Below, piece by piece: positions 52,451-64,000 of a stretch of DNA of 64,000 nt; the stretch's first letter is position 1; each line of letters opens with the position of its first letter. The stretch spans positions 1,105,478-1,169,477 of the forward strand of contig MU008154.1 of NCBI GenBank assembly GCA_010909165.1. The letters are read 5' to 3'. The notes below the pieces were generated by a model. That model worked only from the letters and a program-made list of their open reading frames with translations. It was not told the DNA's origin and made no database searches. Source of the DNA: Anthoceros angustus. Lineage: Eukaryota; Plantae; Anthocerotophyta. The position numbers were made by a program, and so were the translations under genes.

Positions 52451-54549
52451 GTCGCGACCGGCCTCTGTTGTTGTCCAGCGGAGCCATATCCGAGGCGAAG
52501 GTGGAGCATTGGGTAGAGGCGGCGACCCCATTGCATGGGATGATGGGCAGTGGGTGTCGTTCAAAGGTTGCTGGGATTGTCATTGCAGTTGTGTTTGCAA
52601 CCACAGCAGTGATAGTTTTGAACTTGCAGCCATGGCGGTACTCGCGATCTTGGCTATAGCGGTATGCCACCGCTTGCGGGGTTATAAAGAGTGGTTGATG
52701 CGGTGGCGAGGCAAGGGAGTGACTAGTGCGGCCATATTAGGCTGCGGGAAAGGCGGATGTTCAAGTAGGATGCGGCCATCTTTGATGCCATGGAGCTACA
52801 CACAATGAAGCCTCATGTCATCACCTCCAAATACCAGTGCTTGAGGTAGCACGCAACACAGGCAGCGCTTTGGGTTGACACATGTGATGTTCAATGCAAA
52901 GGAATAAAGTGGCATTATATAATGTATTTGGCGATCGGGCGGCGAGCGACGCAACCGGAAATGTGCACTACAGTGGCGGCTATTAAGACCGGCCATCAAC
53001 GATCGTTCAAGCAGCGGCAAAGGAGTAGCATTGGCAACCGCATCTTGAGCCGGCGGTGCAGAGGCTGCCATGCAACCTGATCGGCGAGGTTGGACAAGTA
53101 TGTTCTTTGCCGGGGCGCAATAAATCACATGTGGACCAAAACCCCGGGAGAGAGGCCATTTAAAATGATACCAAACCACTTGGCATCCACAACATTTATT
53201 GGGACGCAAGTTTTGAAGCTTGGCCTTGGTACAAGAAGGGTGCTCATGGAGTGTGCACCATTTCCAACCTGAGGAAGGAGAGGAGGCATGGGCGGCGGTG
53301 GCGAAGGAGAGGAGATGGAGGTCGAGGTTGTGGGCACCATGGCGTGGAGGATTGCGCCATGGAGGAGGCTACACCCATGTGGGTGAGGTGGAGGGCGTGG
53401 AGGACCTTCCCCTTGGCGGCGGTGGCGCGTTGGAGGAGGAGGGCGCTGCTGCGGCGCTCCCACCCAAGGCAGCGCCATGGCGGCGATCCGTCTGCCGGTG
53501 AGGAGGAGCACCACGGGCGGCCCGCTCTCCGTGGGCGGCCAGCGGCAGACGCCGGCCGGAGGAGGTGGAGGCTCGGAGGTGGCGGCCGCCTGCGGCCGCC
53601 ACTTGCGGCAAAGCTGCGATACTGGCGAAGGCGCACCGAGGGCCCCTTGTGCGGTAGATGGCTGCAGACCAAGGAGCAGCAGCAGTCGGCAATTGCGCGA
53701 TTCATTTGAAATTTGCGGCGGATGGTGGACACGATGCATTTGCGGTGCGGCCCAGGGCTTGCGACCCTCCGGGAGGTGCGGTGGTGGCGACACCCTCCTC
53801 GACTGCGGCCCAAGGTGGGGCGATGCAGTGGCAGCCCGGTGGGCTGGGGATGCGGCGGGAGGAGGCGGAGCTCCTCCTATGCCGTGCCTCACTTGGGGGG
53901 GGGGCGAGGAGGTGGAGGTGGCAGGCACAGGCCGGCCCGCAAGGAGGTTGCACTACTACAATCCGTAATAAAAAATGACGTATTGTATGATGTGCTAGTG
54001 ACGAATTGAAAGGAGAAATGACGCGGCCCCCATTCCGGCCTGCGTCATTTATTACGTCACCTAAACAACGTCACCCGCTATGCAAAATGACGTGTGAACC
54101 GCCCACCGGCTTTATGGTGAGGATCCGGTGGCTAAACCGGTGCTCAGCCGGTTGAGCCCGGCCGAATCGGAAACCGCCGACGTGTTTGTTGGTGCCTCCC
54201 ACGTCACGGTGGGCGGGCGGCTTTCGATGGCGCTCCGCGTCCTCGCATTGCACGGCCCCCACCTCTCCCCAACATTTAGGGAACCATACGGCCGCGGTAC
54301 ATGGTGTTGGCCTCTAAAACCACGCGTGTGGTGTGTGCGGCGGGGCACGACCTTTATGACATCTCGAACTTTCAAAATGCCCGGCGTGCCCAAATTCAAA
54401 ATCAAAGTTAAATACGTTTTACTTTTTACAATAGGAGTAACTCTTATGGACTATAGTAATAACAACTAACCACCGCTTGAACACGGGTTACATTACCGCA
54501 TGCGCCGTCTGCCGACCCGCAAAATCAACATTGAAGCATAGCGCCGGCC

Positions 54550-56360
54550 GAGATTGGAGGATTGGTGCAGCGCTGCGGCGTGCTCTCTTGGTGTACTCGC
54601 TTGCTTCATCCCGATGTACTAACCACGTTTACCCCTTTGTTGCCTTCTACCAAAGCAGACACCCCACATTACCACATCAACCTTTGGATTGTCCGGATAA
54701 CATCGTCACATTGCATCCCAAATTGTGGCCTAGCAATTGGGTGGAGAGACACTCACCCCACCGGCTGTGTCTTCCCTCTGGTCCCCACAAACTCCACAGT
54801 TTAGTGCTCATTCCTCCGGCGTTTCGCATCCGCGACACGCACTTGCTGAACCCACGTAGTATGATGCCTCGGACATGCTCCATTGAGGCACACCTTACTC
54901 GATTTCGAGTTTGTGCACGGTAACCTCTTGCTTGCGCAGAGGTTGCAAGATCCTGCCGGCCAGCCGTGGTTGCGTTGTAGGGACAATTACCGTCGATGGC
55001 TGGTCCTCCTCTTCCCGCCCACTCCGTTTAGGTGTGTCTTGGTGGCTTTGTCTTACCTCGTTGCCCCGACCTTGCCAAAATAACCCGACAAGTATTAGTC
55101 ACCCCCAACAAATGAATCTACTACAAAGCGAGCACCAAACGATGGGTCACATTGTAGCATGTCTACTAGTACCGACAAATGCTCCTTGTCGATCACGTCT
55201 TGCCGAATCGGGCTATGCCTTCAAGGTCGTGTGTCTTGCACCATTCGGTTTCATCCACGGCATCTCTCCCCACCGGCGTAAAATGCTTTTGAACTCGGTT
55301 TGCACCGACCATATGGGTTCGAGCACCATTGTGCTTCCTTAAACGTGCCTCAGCTTTACTGTGCGGTCGGCAGCCACACCATCACCTCTCTCAAGTTCCC
55401 GCACTCCAAATTGCACTGAGCTTCCAATCCTCCTCTCATTACAAGCGCAAATCCTCATCCACACCTTGTCTCCTCATTTGGGCCAGCAACCTTGACTCGT
55501 GATAACACGGAAATTCCTCTGTCTTGTTGACTTGGACAATTTGTGGTGTATGAAATCTCGGTTGGTGATGTTTGGAAAGACCTCAGACATCCACAAGCTC
55601 ACCTCGTGCCATGGAATGTTCTGTAGGGCTTCAACAAGGTCAGCGAGTTGAGACCAACTCAAATCCGCCGGTGGAAAGCGGACTTGTCCCTAGTGTTCAC
55701 TCCTCCATAATCAAAGACTCATTTGGTGTCACCAATCGCCTTGGAACAAGGCTCGGAGCACAATCGCGTCGCTTCAAGCAACAACTTGGCCTTCCCATGC
55801 ACCTCCAAAACAGCCGTCAGGACATCACTAAGGGAAAGCATTCGCAGACAATTCATGAGCGCACAAACAGCCGGCATTGGTTCAGATACTCCTCCAGCCT
55901 CAGCAAATCGTTTCCAAGCCAAAGCTTCTAAGTCCTCGTCTTCTGCATCCGCACCGCGGTGTTGGCCATCCCCTTCCAGTTGGTGGAGACCAGCGTCTTC
56001 CTCTCCATCGTCGGACCACTCCACCAAAGCCTCAACTTGTGCTCTCGACACTCTGGGCATGGTCTACCCCAACTCACAAGAGCGACATCCTCCTGCAGCA
56101 ACGGTGTGAGTATGAAATGGAGTATAGGCGTAATGAAGTCAAGGTATGTGCTCTGCGAGAGCGTTGTCGCCTCTTCCTTACGTCGCAATTCTACGTGCCA
56201 AAGTTTTTGTGATTCCTCTCCTTTCGCCTCTCACGGGCGTCTTGCCCACGCCTACTTCCACTTGGTACAATGCACAAGCCGTCGAGCGTCTACCAAGAAC
56301 TCAATAAACGTCACTCTGCTCGTCTCGGCCGAATTTGTTGACGCTCCATTGCTGAAGCAT
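54550..56360 (-). pseudogene. TnpA-like gene, copy 2
   Basis: Colinear with 20250-22070 (EDLEALAWKRF, ITNRDFIHHKLSK, GECLSTQLLGHNLG). Confidence 0.5.
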
Positions 56361-56439
56361 CATAGAAGAGACACCTTGTAGTGTGGCCCAAAAAACAGGC
56401 TCGAGTGTGGCGCACACCCCGGTGACCGAGATTAAAACA

Positions 56440-59400
56440 AGGATGGTCCAGTCAAAATGACTCGAAATGACTCGCACCACACCACGAGCCCGGTTTGATC
56501 GGGATGACCAGAGATGTCTTGAAGTGCGGCCTATATGCCAATGGTAACTAATCGGATGGATAGTGTGATCCCACCGTGCACGGTGTACATATAAAAGCCG
56601 ACTTACGGCATTACATCCACATGCACAAATACTGCGTGACATGTCTTTGGGAAGGTATACGGTCCCGTCTTCAAATCACGCCCATCTGGCAAGCATGTCG
56701 AGTGTCCACCGGCGAAAATCCACAATAATCCTGACCATACTTGGTGGAACTTTGGTTAATGAACACTCGCATTACGTTTAGCACAATGGTCGTGAAGTCA
56801 CCTTCGTCAGACGACCTCTATGATCAACAACTCGCCATAGAACTCCAGGCGTCGTTGGTGCCCACCATGTCAAAAGTACCATGAACCCATGCCTTGAGTG
56901 GACCTCTTGTTCTCATCTCCATCCCAGGAAATGAAAACCCCGCGTGTTCGTGCCTCGATAAGTATTCGTAGTTTGGCGAGGGCCAAAAGGGCGAATGATG
57001 CGATCCGGCTGCCATTCCACCTCCCATTTCTAACGCCTTCAAGTAGCCATGCCATAAAGTCATCAATAGCCCCACCGTCTGGTATGCTCACTCGCATTGG
57101 GGCTAGAACTTCGAAAGTCTTTCAGAGATACCGGGCAACCTTTCCGGTCATCCACATTTAGTGTCACCTTGTGAGCTGGCCTATGGTGTGATCCACTTCT
57201 TGTTGAACGACGACGTCCATTGGCCTCATTGTCGGCCGTAAACTCGAGGCATAAACATGGCCTCCATGGCCACATAACCTGCCATGGAGCCCTCAGCCGG
57301 GCTCGTTGGCGAGCGTGATTTTTCGATACCGGCATAAAGCGCTCCATAGGGTACATCCACCGCCCATGGACTGCTCCTGCGTCTCAACTTCATCGACAAG
57401 GTGCACAATGAGGTGTTGCATGCGTTCCAAAATGTGGAAGGCATGTGCTGCTCCATTGATCATGAGGTCAACAACTTCTAGCTTCATACCGGATATCGCC
57501 ACATTGATTTCCTTGCGCACATCCATCGGTATAATGCAGCCTTGTGATGCATTTAAGCTCTCGCGGCGGCAATCGACCTCTTAACGCTATTGGCAAATAG
57601 TCGCAACAAACAATGCCTGTCATGGCTTTTAAACCGCTTACTTTGGGTCCACAACAACTCTTCAAATTGGCACCGAATCCTGGCGGCTTCGCATCAATTC
57701 ATCTTTCAGCTTGCAGATGAGGTGCCAAACGTAAGAGGCACCGCATATCGCATGTCACCTTCCTCCACAACCCAAAGCCAAGGTTTGAGTCGTTCTCCTC
57801 CATGTCAAACCCCGCGCCAATAGTGTCTCCACCCACTTATTACGCCATCGCCTTGCGCTTATTGGCCTCGACATGCATGATATCTTTTATCCATAGCTTG
57901 CACGTATGGCGTAAAATGCCTCGCAGAATGAGGGCGCACGCCCCAAGTGTTAGGCCGCATCCGGCATGAGCGTCGGAGATGCTCCACCTTCTCATCTCAT
58001 CTACTACGTCAGACACTGTACGATGCGGAGGGCGGGGCCGGGTCTCGGACCTATTGTTGAAGGCTTCTGAGTGGAGAGTCCGTCGCTCATCATCCATAGC
58101 CTCACACCAGCGCCTGCTCCCCTCAAACAAACATTTATCCAATTCCGCAGCCCACCTAGCATCGAGGCCAAGCCCACAATCAATGCACGCCGCTTTCCCA
58201 CGAACCTGCAAGCCAAACAGCGATCCCAACCCTGGGTAGTCACATGTCGCCATCAGGAGTGCAGCCCGAAGCTTGAAAATACGACCCGAGTCACCAACAG
58301 CCCGTGAGTAATCCTCACATTGAACACCTTCCCATAGCCGCTCTGACCGAGGGCTCAAGATAGATATCCATGTTCGCACTTGCTTCGAATGATACCGGAT
58401 AGGAGGATTCTCCTTCTTGGTGGCAAGGAGGTAGATTGTGGATGACCAGCAGCAAAAAATTATGAATTGGACCTGTGCCCGCTTGGGTTCATACCATCTG
58501 CAAATGCTCACCGACATTCCTGTCTTCGCGAGTTCCCACTTGATCCAAAGCTCTCCACGCCGGTGTCACGCCTAAAATCGCATCTTTCCATCCGGGCTAC
58601 GATTGCGAGACCACCATGTCATGTCATGTGCCTGACCTCGGACATCGGAAGATGCCGTTCCACCAAAGGGAAATGCCGAACGTTTTCGGGGCTTCACCAG
58701 CCTCGCCGGTTTGAGGCACCCTACAATGGTAACAGTGGCATCCTGCTCTCCCAAGAATGCCTGCAGTCCTTGACATGCAGAAGAGCTTGATTGTGCCACA
58801 TGGAGAAGAATCCTTTGTGCATCTTGCGGTGGGAGTGTGTTCGGAGAAGGAAGCAAGCGTGTCCGGATGACAAGAAAGAGCTTCGACATTGCGTCGAGAC
58901 AAGTTGAAGCTTTCTTGGACCCGGAGGAGAGCCACAATCGCAGAGAGGGTGCTCGCCACTTATGCAGTCCCTCACTATTGAACAAAAGCTTCCCGGCTTC
59001 AACGCCAATGTCTCGTGCCATCGATCGGGGATGGAATGAATGAGCCCAGCCATGTCATCCTCGTTAGCGGAAACTACTTCTTCATCATCCGATTGTTGTC
59101 CGCGGCTCGGGTTGCACATTGGTCTCGCTCCCACGCCTGTATGGTACCTCACTAAGCTCCTCAATAGAGTCATCCAAAGCATCCCTTGTAGCAACTCTTC
59201 CCGATCCATGACCTCTCGACCCCTCCATGGTGCCTGACAAAAGCATAAGTGACGACCGATCCCTAAATTGATGGATGCCGACCTTGCGTGAAAGCACCTT
59301 TGCATTCGCTCGTGTATGATGTCCGACATGTCGAGGGCAATATCGAACCGCGTCTCCCCAACGGCTTGCAATGGACATGGGCATCGCACCTAGGAATCGC

Positions 59401-59596
59401 CTATTCGACGGGCGGAACCATGGTGATGATATACTTGTCCAGCGCTCCCGAACTTGCGAAGCGTTAGGGCCTCTTGTCGATGCATTACGTCCGGTGGGAA
59501 CCCATTGTGCGGAAGTGCATTGTTAGCCGCATACTTTGGCATTACGCTTAGAGGTGGGAACACACTCGCTTATATCCAAATCGATTTACGCTCCAT
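56440..59596 (-). pseudogene. CACTA TnpD transposase, copy 2, frameshifted
   Basis: ORF 57840-58517 (..LWEGVQ..FKLRAALL..GLQVRGKAACIDCG..KCLFEGSRRW..DIMHVEAN) and ORF 57063-57356 (MYPMERFMPVSKNHARQRAR). Confidence 0.9.
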
Positions 59597-62550
59597 GCCT
59601 ACTGCCTTGAAAACAAGGCCACCATCTCACGCGAGCACTCCCGAGCACATATACCTCTCTTCGCTTGAAGCTTCTCTTGCTCGCCATGGCGTCCAGGCAG
59701 CAATGGGAGTGAGCGTCGGGAGGCAAAACCCACCGCAAGTGTCGTGGGATCGGGGAGGCACGTTGCAAGTCCTCGAGCGCACCCGGTGATGAGTCAAGAC
59801 AAAATGTGGCGTCAAGGGGCTTGGTGGGTGAGGATCGGTAGAGGTGGATGAGAGGCCGATTATTGCGCCGTGCGGGAATGGTGTGTACGGACCCGCCCAA
59901 CCCCGCCTCGACTTGGACACGTCGCGGAGCTCCCATGGAGATTATGTGTGTCGCTTTCGGGGCGTGGCGTCCCATCACCGCAATATGGACACCAGCATGG
60001 GCGGTGGGTGATTCAATTGGCGGCGAGCATGATGAGTGGTTTGAGCGAGACTTTTTCCATTGTCGGTGGCAATCGGCGACTCGCCACGGCCTCTCGGACA
60101 TGGTCCGGCGTTGGATGTTCGCAATTGGTGGGTGGCATGTGCGATGCGCTTGGGCACTCGTATCTATCTTGCGTCTGCGAAGGCGTACATTGTCGACATA
60201 CTGGAGGAAATGCGGTCCATCACCCCTCTACTGCATTTATCAACAGTGGTGGAGGTGGGGACGCCTGACGCGTGTTTTCATTCCTATCTTGGGGAGTAAG
60301 TTTGACGTTCTTTGTGTGGAAAGGAGCCATGTTTGAGCGAATCATGCAATGAGCCGTCCACCAACTGAGCCATCAGCTTGTGGATATCAATATGCGCTTT
60401 GATGATATTCGTGACACACAATTGGGCGAAGGTTGGCGTGCGACTGTGGGGCCGCCTTGGGACAAGCATCGCATGGCAATGTGGACCGGGCCGGGAGGGT
60501 GATGACAGGATGTGCTTTTTCCACAAGCCGCGGCGAGCTATGGGTTGTGAAGAAGTCACAGGATCACCTTTTCAACTGTTGGACATGCTATGCGCGTTTA
60601 TGTACAACAGTATGAGCACTGGTTTGCTACTCAACCGTTTGCTTCAATGAAGAAGGGGCTTCTCAAGTGGTGGCGAGTTGTGTCGAGATAGTGCGGGCTT
60701 GTCCGCATCGGGGGGAAAGGCTGGGCAATTGTTGCTGGCCAGTTGTTTGCTTTTAAGTTTCAACCGTGCACTCGTCCCTGTCGTGTCTTTGGGCGCTGGT
60801 GGAGATGGATTAGGGTGAATGCCGTCTTGTGTCTTCGATTACCATGCCTCCATGGTAGGGATTGAATTGTTGAGGTGTGGCATAGTAGTGGGGGATAAAA
60901 GTTTGCAGTGTTTTTTGGTTTATGGAAAAGTGTGCTAGGCATTTTGACATGGATAGGGTGCTGGTTTCCAAATCGGCACAAAATTGCATGGGTTTAGGTA
61001 GGACCTTCTACGATCAAGAGACATAGTAGGCCCTCCTCTAATTGGACCGTGCACAGATGGTCCGAACTTTGTCCGAGGTATGAACTTGTTATCCTTGGAA
61101 GTTTGAGCAAATGTATGAAATAGCGCGATGGGGTGAAAGCAGGCCAAAGCGGGCAACTATTGTGCAATGGCCGTAAGCGGACAAACCAGTCCATGGTTCA
61201 AATCGCAATGTGTATGCTTGCCCATTGGGTGTACGGCGATTGAAGACCGTCGATCCACCGACGCTACCCTAAAACACCAATTAGCCGACCCACCTCACCC
61301 ATGGCGGAAAACTATTGTCAACGGACACCGTCCGATCCATGACTTAGATTCGGTAATATGGCGGAGGCGCATTCCACAAACTTGCGTAAGTGGCAAACGC
61401 TTGTTGACGCGATGCGAAAGTGGATGTCGTTCCTCGCGCGGGCACCGCCTCTTTCCGTGTGTCAGCTCGAATCTGACGCCGAGGCTAACACGTCATTCCG
61501 GTGGCGTCATTTCCGATGCATTGCGATGGTATGTTGTGGCATAGGCGCTCCGGGGGTGGATGCCACAAGGCCGCAGGAGGAGGAGGCTGTGGGAATTGAA
61601 TGGAGGGGAGGTGGAGGGGCAAGGGAGAAATCTCGGAGGACTCCGATGGTAATAACATAACGAGGTTGCCTGTGGTTGCGAGATGGGATTGACAACAATG
61701 CTAATAGGCATGATGGGTTGGGGTTGCGGTGTTGAAGGCGTGGTGAGGCAGGCCATACCAAATCATCTATGATTCGGATGGCAATTTAAATCCGCTCGTG
61801 CATGGGCGCCGTCGAAGATTGAGTCGTTTGGGGAGGCGCAAGCTGCGGCGAGGCGGCCACGCCAGGCGAGTTGGCCGAGCTCATTGTGGAGCCGGAGGCC
61901 GGGTTTGTGGGCGGAAAAGAAGAGGGTCGCCCGCCGGCGGCAAACCTAAGCCGAGGCGGATGCAAGTCGGCGGGGGAAGATGGAGGGGAGGCGGGAGGCT
62001 CGTGCTCCGGCCCGAGGAGCAGTCTGAGCACCCGGCAAACGGGCGAGCACATCCCAAGGCGGCCTTGGAGCCTGCGCCCGAGTTTCATCATGGCGACCAC
62101 TCGATCATCGTTGATTGCTGATGCGACCATGAGTGGCGCCGTAACGCCTGGAGGTCGTGGACAAGGTGCGACCTTAGGTTGCTGCTGCCCGAGGTGGAGG
62201 GCATGTTGGAGAGGATGCCCCAAGTGCCCCTAACATGCAGTGCACGCGTGGGCAGTGCAGTGCGCTCATGGATATCATGAACGAGCCTTGACAGGCTGCA
62301 ATGGTGAAGGGCTGCGAGACCACCTCCCCTCCTCGTGCCCACCTCTCCCTTTCCCCGCACCTTTCCATTTCATGCGGGGATGCCTGCTCCACCTCCACCT
62401 CCAATTCCACAATAGCGCGGTAGCGCTCATACTGCCTTGGCCGTGCAGTGCCTCTTCCTGTGTGCTCCTCCCTCAGTGCGCGAGGCGCTCCAGGCGGAGG
62501 GCCTGGGGGCACAAGAGGATGGAGGCCCCGCTCACGACTCTTTCCAGAGT

Positions 62551-62714
62551 GAGCGGAGAAGGTTGTAGGATTTTTGGTAGGTAGGTGTTTTGAGCGGAGA
62601 AGGTTGTAGGATTTTTGGTAGGTAGGTGTTTTGAGCGGAGAAGGTTGTAGGATTTTTGGTAGGTAGGTGTTTTGAGCGGAGAAGGTTGTAGGATTTTTGG
62701 TAGGTAGGTGTTTT
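62551..62714. repeat. 41-bp tandem repeat x4 (perfect), copy 2
   Basis: Four identical units. Confidence 0.95.
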
Positions 62715-63420
62715 GCGAACTTGAACATGTGCTTTTTGTGGCTGCAATTGTGCAAGCTTGAGTGATTGCGCACAAGTGTTGGCTTTTCGGTTTGTTTTGT
62801 TGCTTCAAGGTTGTGTTCCACGGCCAGTTCTAGAGATTCCAGATCCTAATGACACAAGTAGACTGTAATCAGTGTCAAGGCACATCATTGTGACCTGCTA
62901 AATTTTGCAGAATCTATCCTTTCCAAGTAGGCGTTGAATCTTTGCATCACAAGAGGGGTTCCTTCCTTTGCCGAGCCATGAGGGGATCGGGAAATCCTTA
63001 TCATGTTGCCTGAAAAGCAAGACCCTTGCACAATGTGAGTCCGGCGCCACGCACAAAAGCGAGAAACAAAGGTGCAGCTAGAAACAACCATTTGCATGAA
63101 TACCGGTGTCACTTGAAGATGTGTGTGTGCGTCGAATTTCCTTCATTTGCCGAGGTTGTATGAGCATCCCATTTGCGAAATCCTTCTCAATTTGCCTGCA
63201 AAGCAAGGCACTTGCATTCAGTCAGTACTGGCTGCCTGACTCAACAAAAAACGTGAAGCAAAGGTGCAACACGCTACACGCCTGTCCATCACCTAATATG
63301 CTAAGTGCAGAAAAAGCGTTAGAGTTCGTCCTCACATGTCCCGTCTCCTAAGACACGCCGGGTCGCTCACTCTGCGCAGGCACAGATGCAGCATGAGGAA
63401 GAGGGTGTTGGATGTCTGGC

Positions 63421-63847
63421 CCAGCAGCCGTGACAGCAGCCGTGGATGCCAGATGCAAATTACGATCATCTTGTGGTCTGAAGCTGTCCCATACATCCAA
63501 CTGCAAGCACAACACAAGCATGTTAGTACTGAACCACACCGAAACGTAGGGACTGCTCCCACATCCTCTCCTTCCTGCATATATAGTGAAAGCAACATGT
63601 GTAAGCGGAGGATTTGCAGTCAGTTTCTCGGCCCACCCAGCAGCCGTGACAGCAGCCGTGGATGCCAGATGCAAGTTACGATCGTCTTCTGGTCTGAAGG
63701 TGTCCCATACATCCAACTACAAGCATAACACAAGCATGTTAGTACTCAAGCACACCGAAACGTAGGGACTACTCCCACATCCTGTCCTTCCTGCATATAT
63801 AGTGAAAGCAACATGTGTAAGCGGAGGATTTGCAGTCAGTTTCTCGG
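63421..63847. repeat. Subterminal ~215-bp tandem duplication next to the right TIR (degenerate counterpart ~29085-29447)
   Basis: CCAGCAGCCGTGACAGCAGCCGTGGATGCCAGATGCAA..CAGTCAGTTTCTCGG occurs twice. Confidence 0.85.
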
Positions 63848-64000
63848 CGAACGCGGGCCATACCTGCGAACAAAAGTTCCTGTGTGTATGTGTTGCCCGC
63901 CATGTTTGTGTGTAGACCCGATGGAAACCCTAACACCGTCATCAAAAAAAAAAGATCTGTATGACACCATCGGAACACCAGGCCGATGAACGTGTGATAG

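Larger units (their letters stand above)
34490..64000. repeat. Tandem segmental unit, copy 2 (truncated by window end)
   Basis: Colinear with 1..~29597, including the same non-TE left flank (34490-34880 matches 1-383). Confidence 0.9.
34881..64000 (-). mobile_element. Giant CACTA/EnSpm element, copy 2 (right terminus just beyond the window)
   Basis: Same left terminus CCCTTATGTATGGAATACCGATCTGGTCAC at 34881; the window ends inside the right TIR. Confidence 0.85.

Noticed and set aside
1-64000. Most short six-frame ORFs; rRNA and tRNA genes
   Set aside because: Overlapping Arg/Ala/Pro-rich ORFs are expected in GC-rich DNA; no structural RNA signature was recognised.

Overview
Land-plant-type genomic DNA made of two head-to-tail copies of a ~34.5-kb unit (position 1 matches 34490). 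About 85% of the unit is a very large (~29.4 kb, 384-29804) CACTA/EnSpm (CMC superfamily) DNA transposon. It has ~300-bp imperfect TIRs that begin CCC rather than CACTA, frameshifted TnpD and TnpA-like genes on the minus strand, and >20 kb of decayed, mostly unrecognisable gene-like cargo, including an RPA70-type zinc/OB-fold domain. The remaining ~5 kb holds an intron-containing RBR (RING-IBR-RING) E3 ligase gene on the minus strand, a small relic related to the TIR, and a 3' fragment of an RLE-type non-LTR retrotransposon. The two copies alternate between near-identical blocks and indel-rich blocks, so many frameshifts, and possibly the duplication itself, may be long-read assembly artefacts. 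All protein calls come from motif recognition by eye across frameshifts; no database search was run and internal boundaries are approximate.
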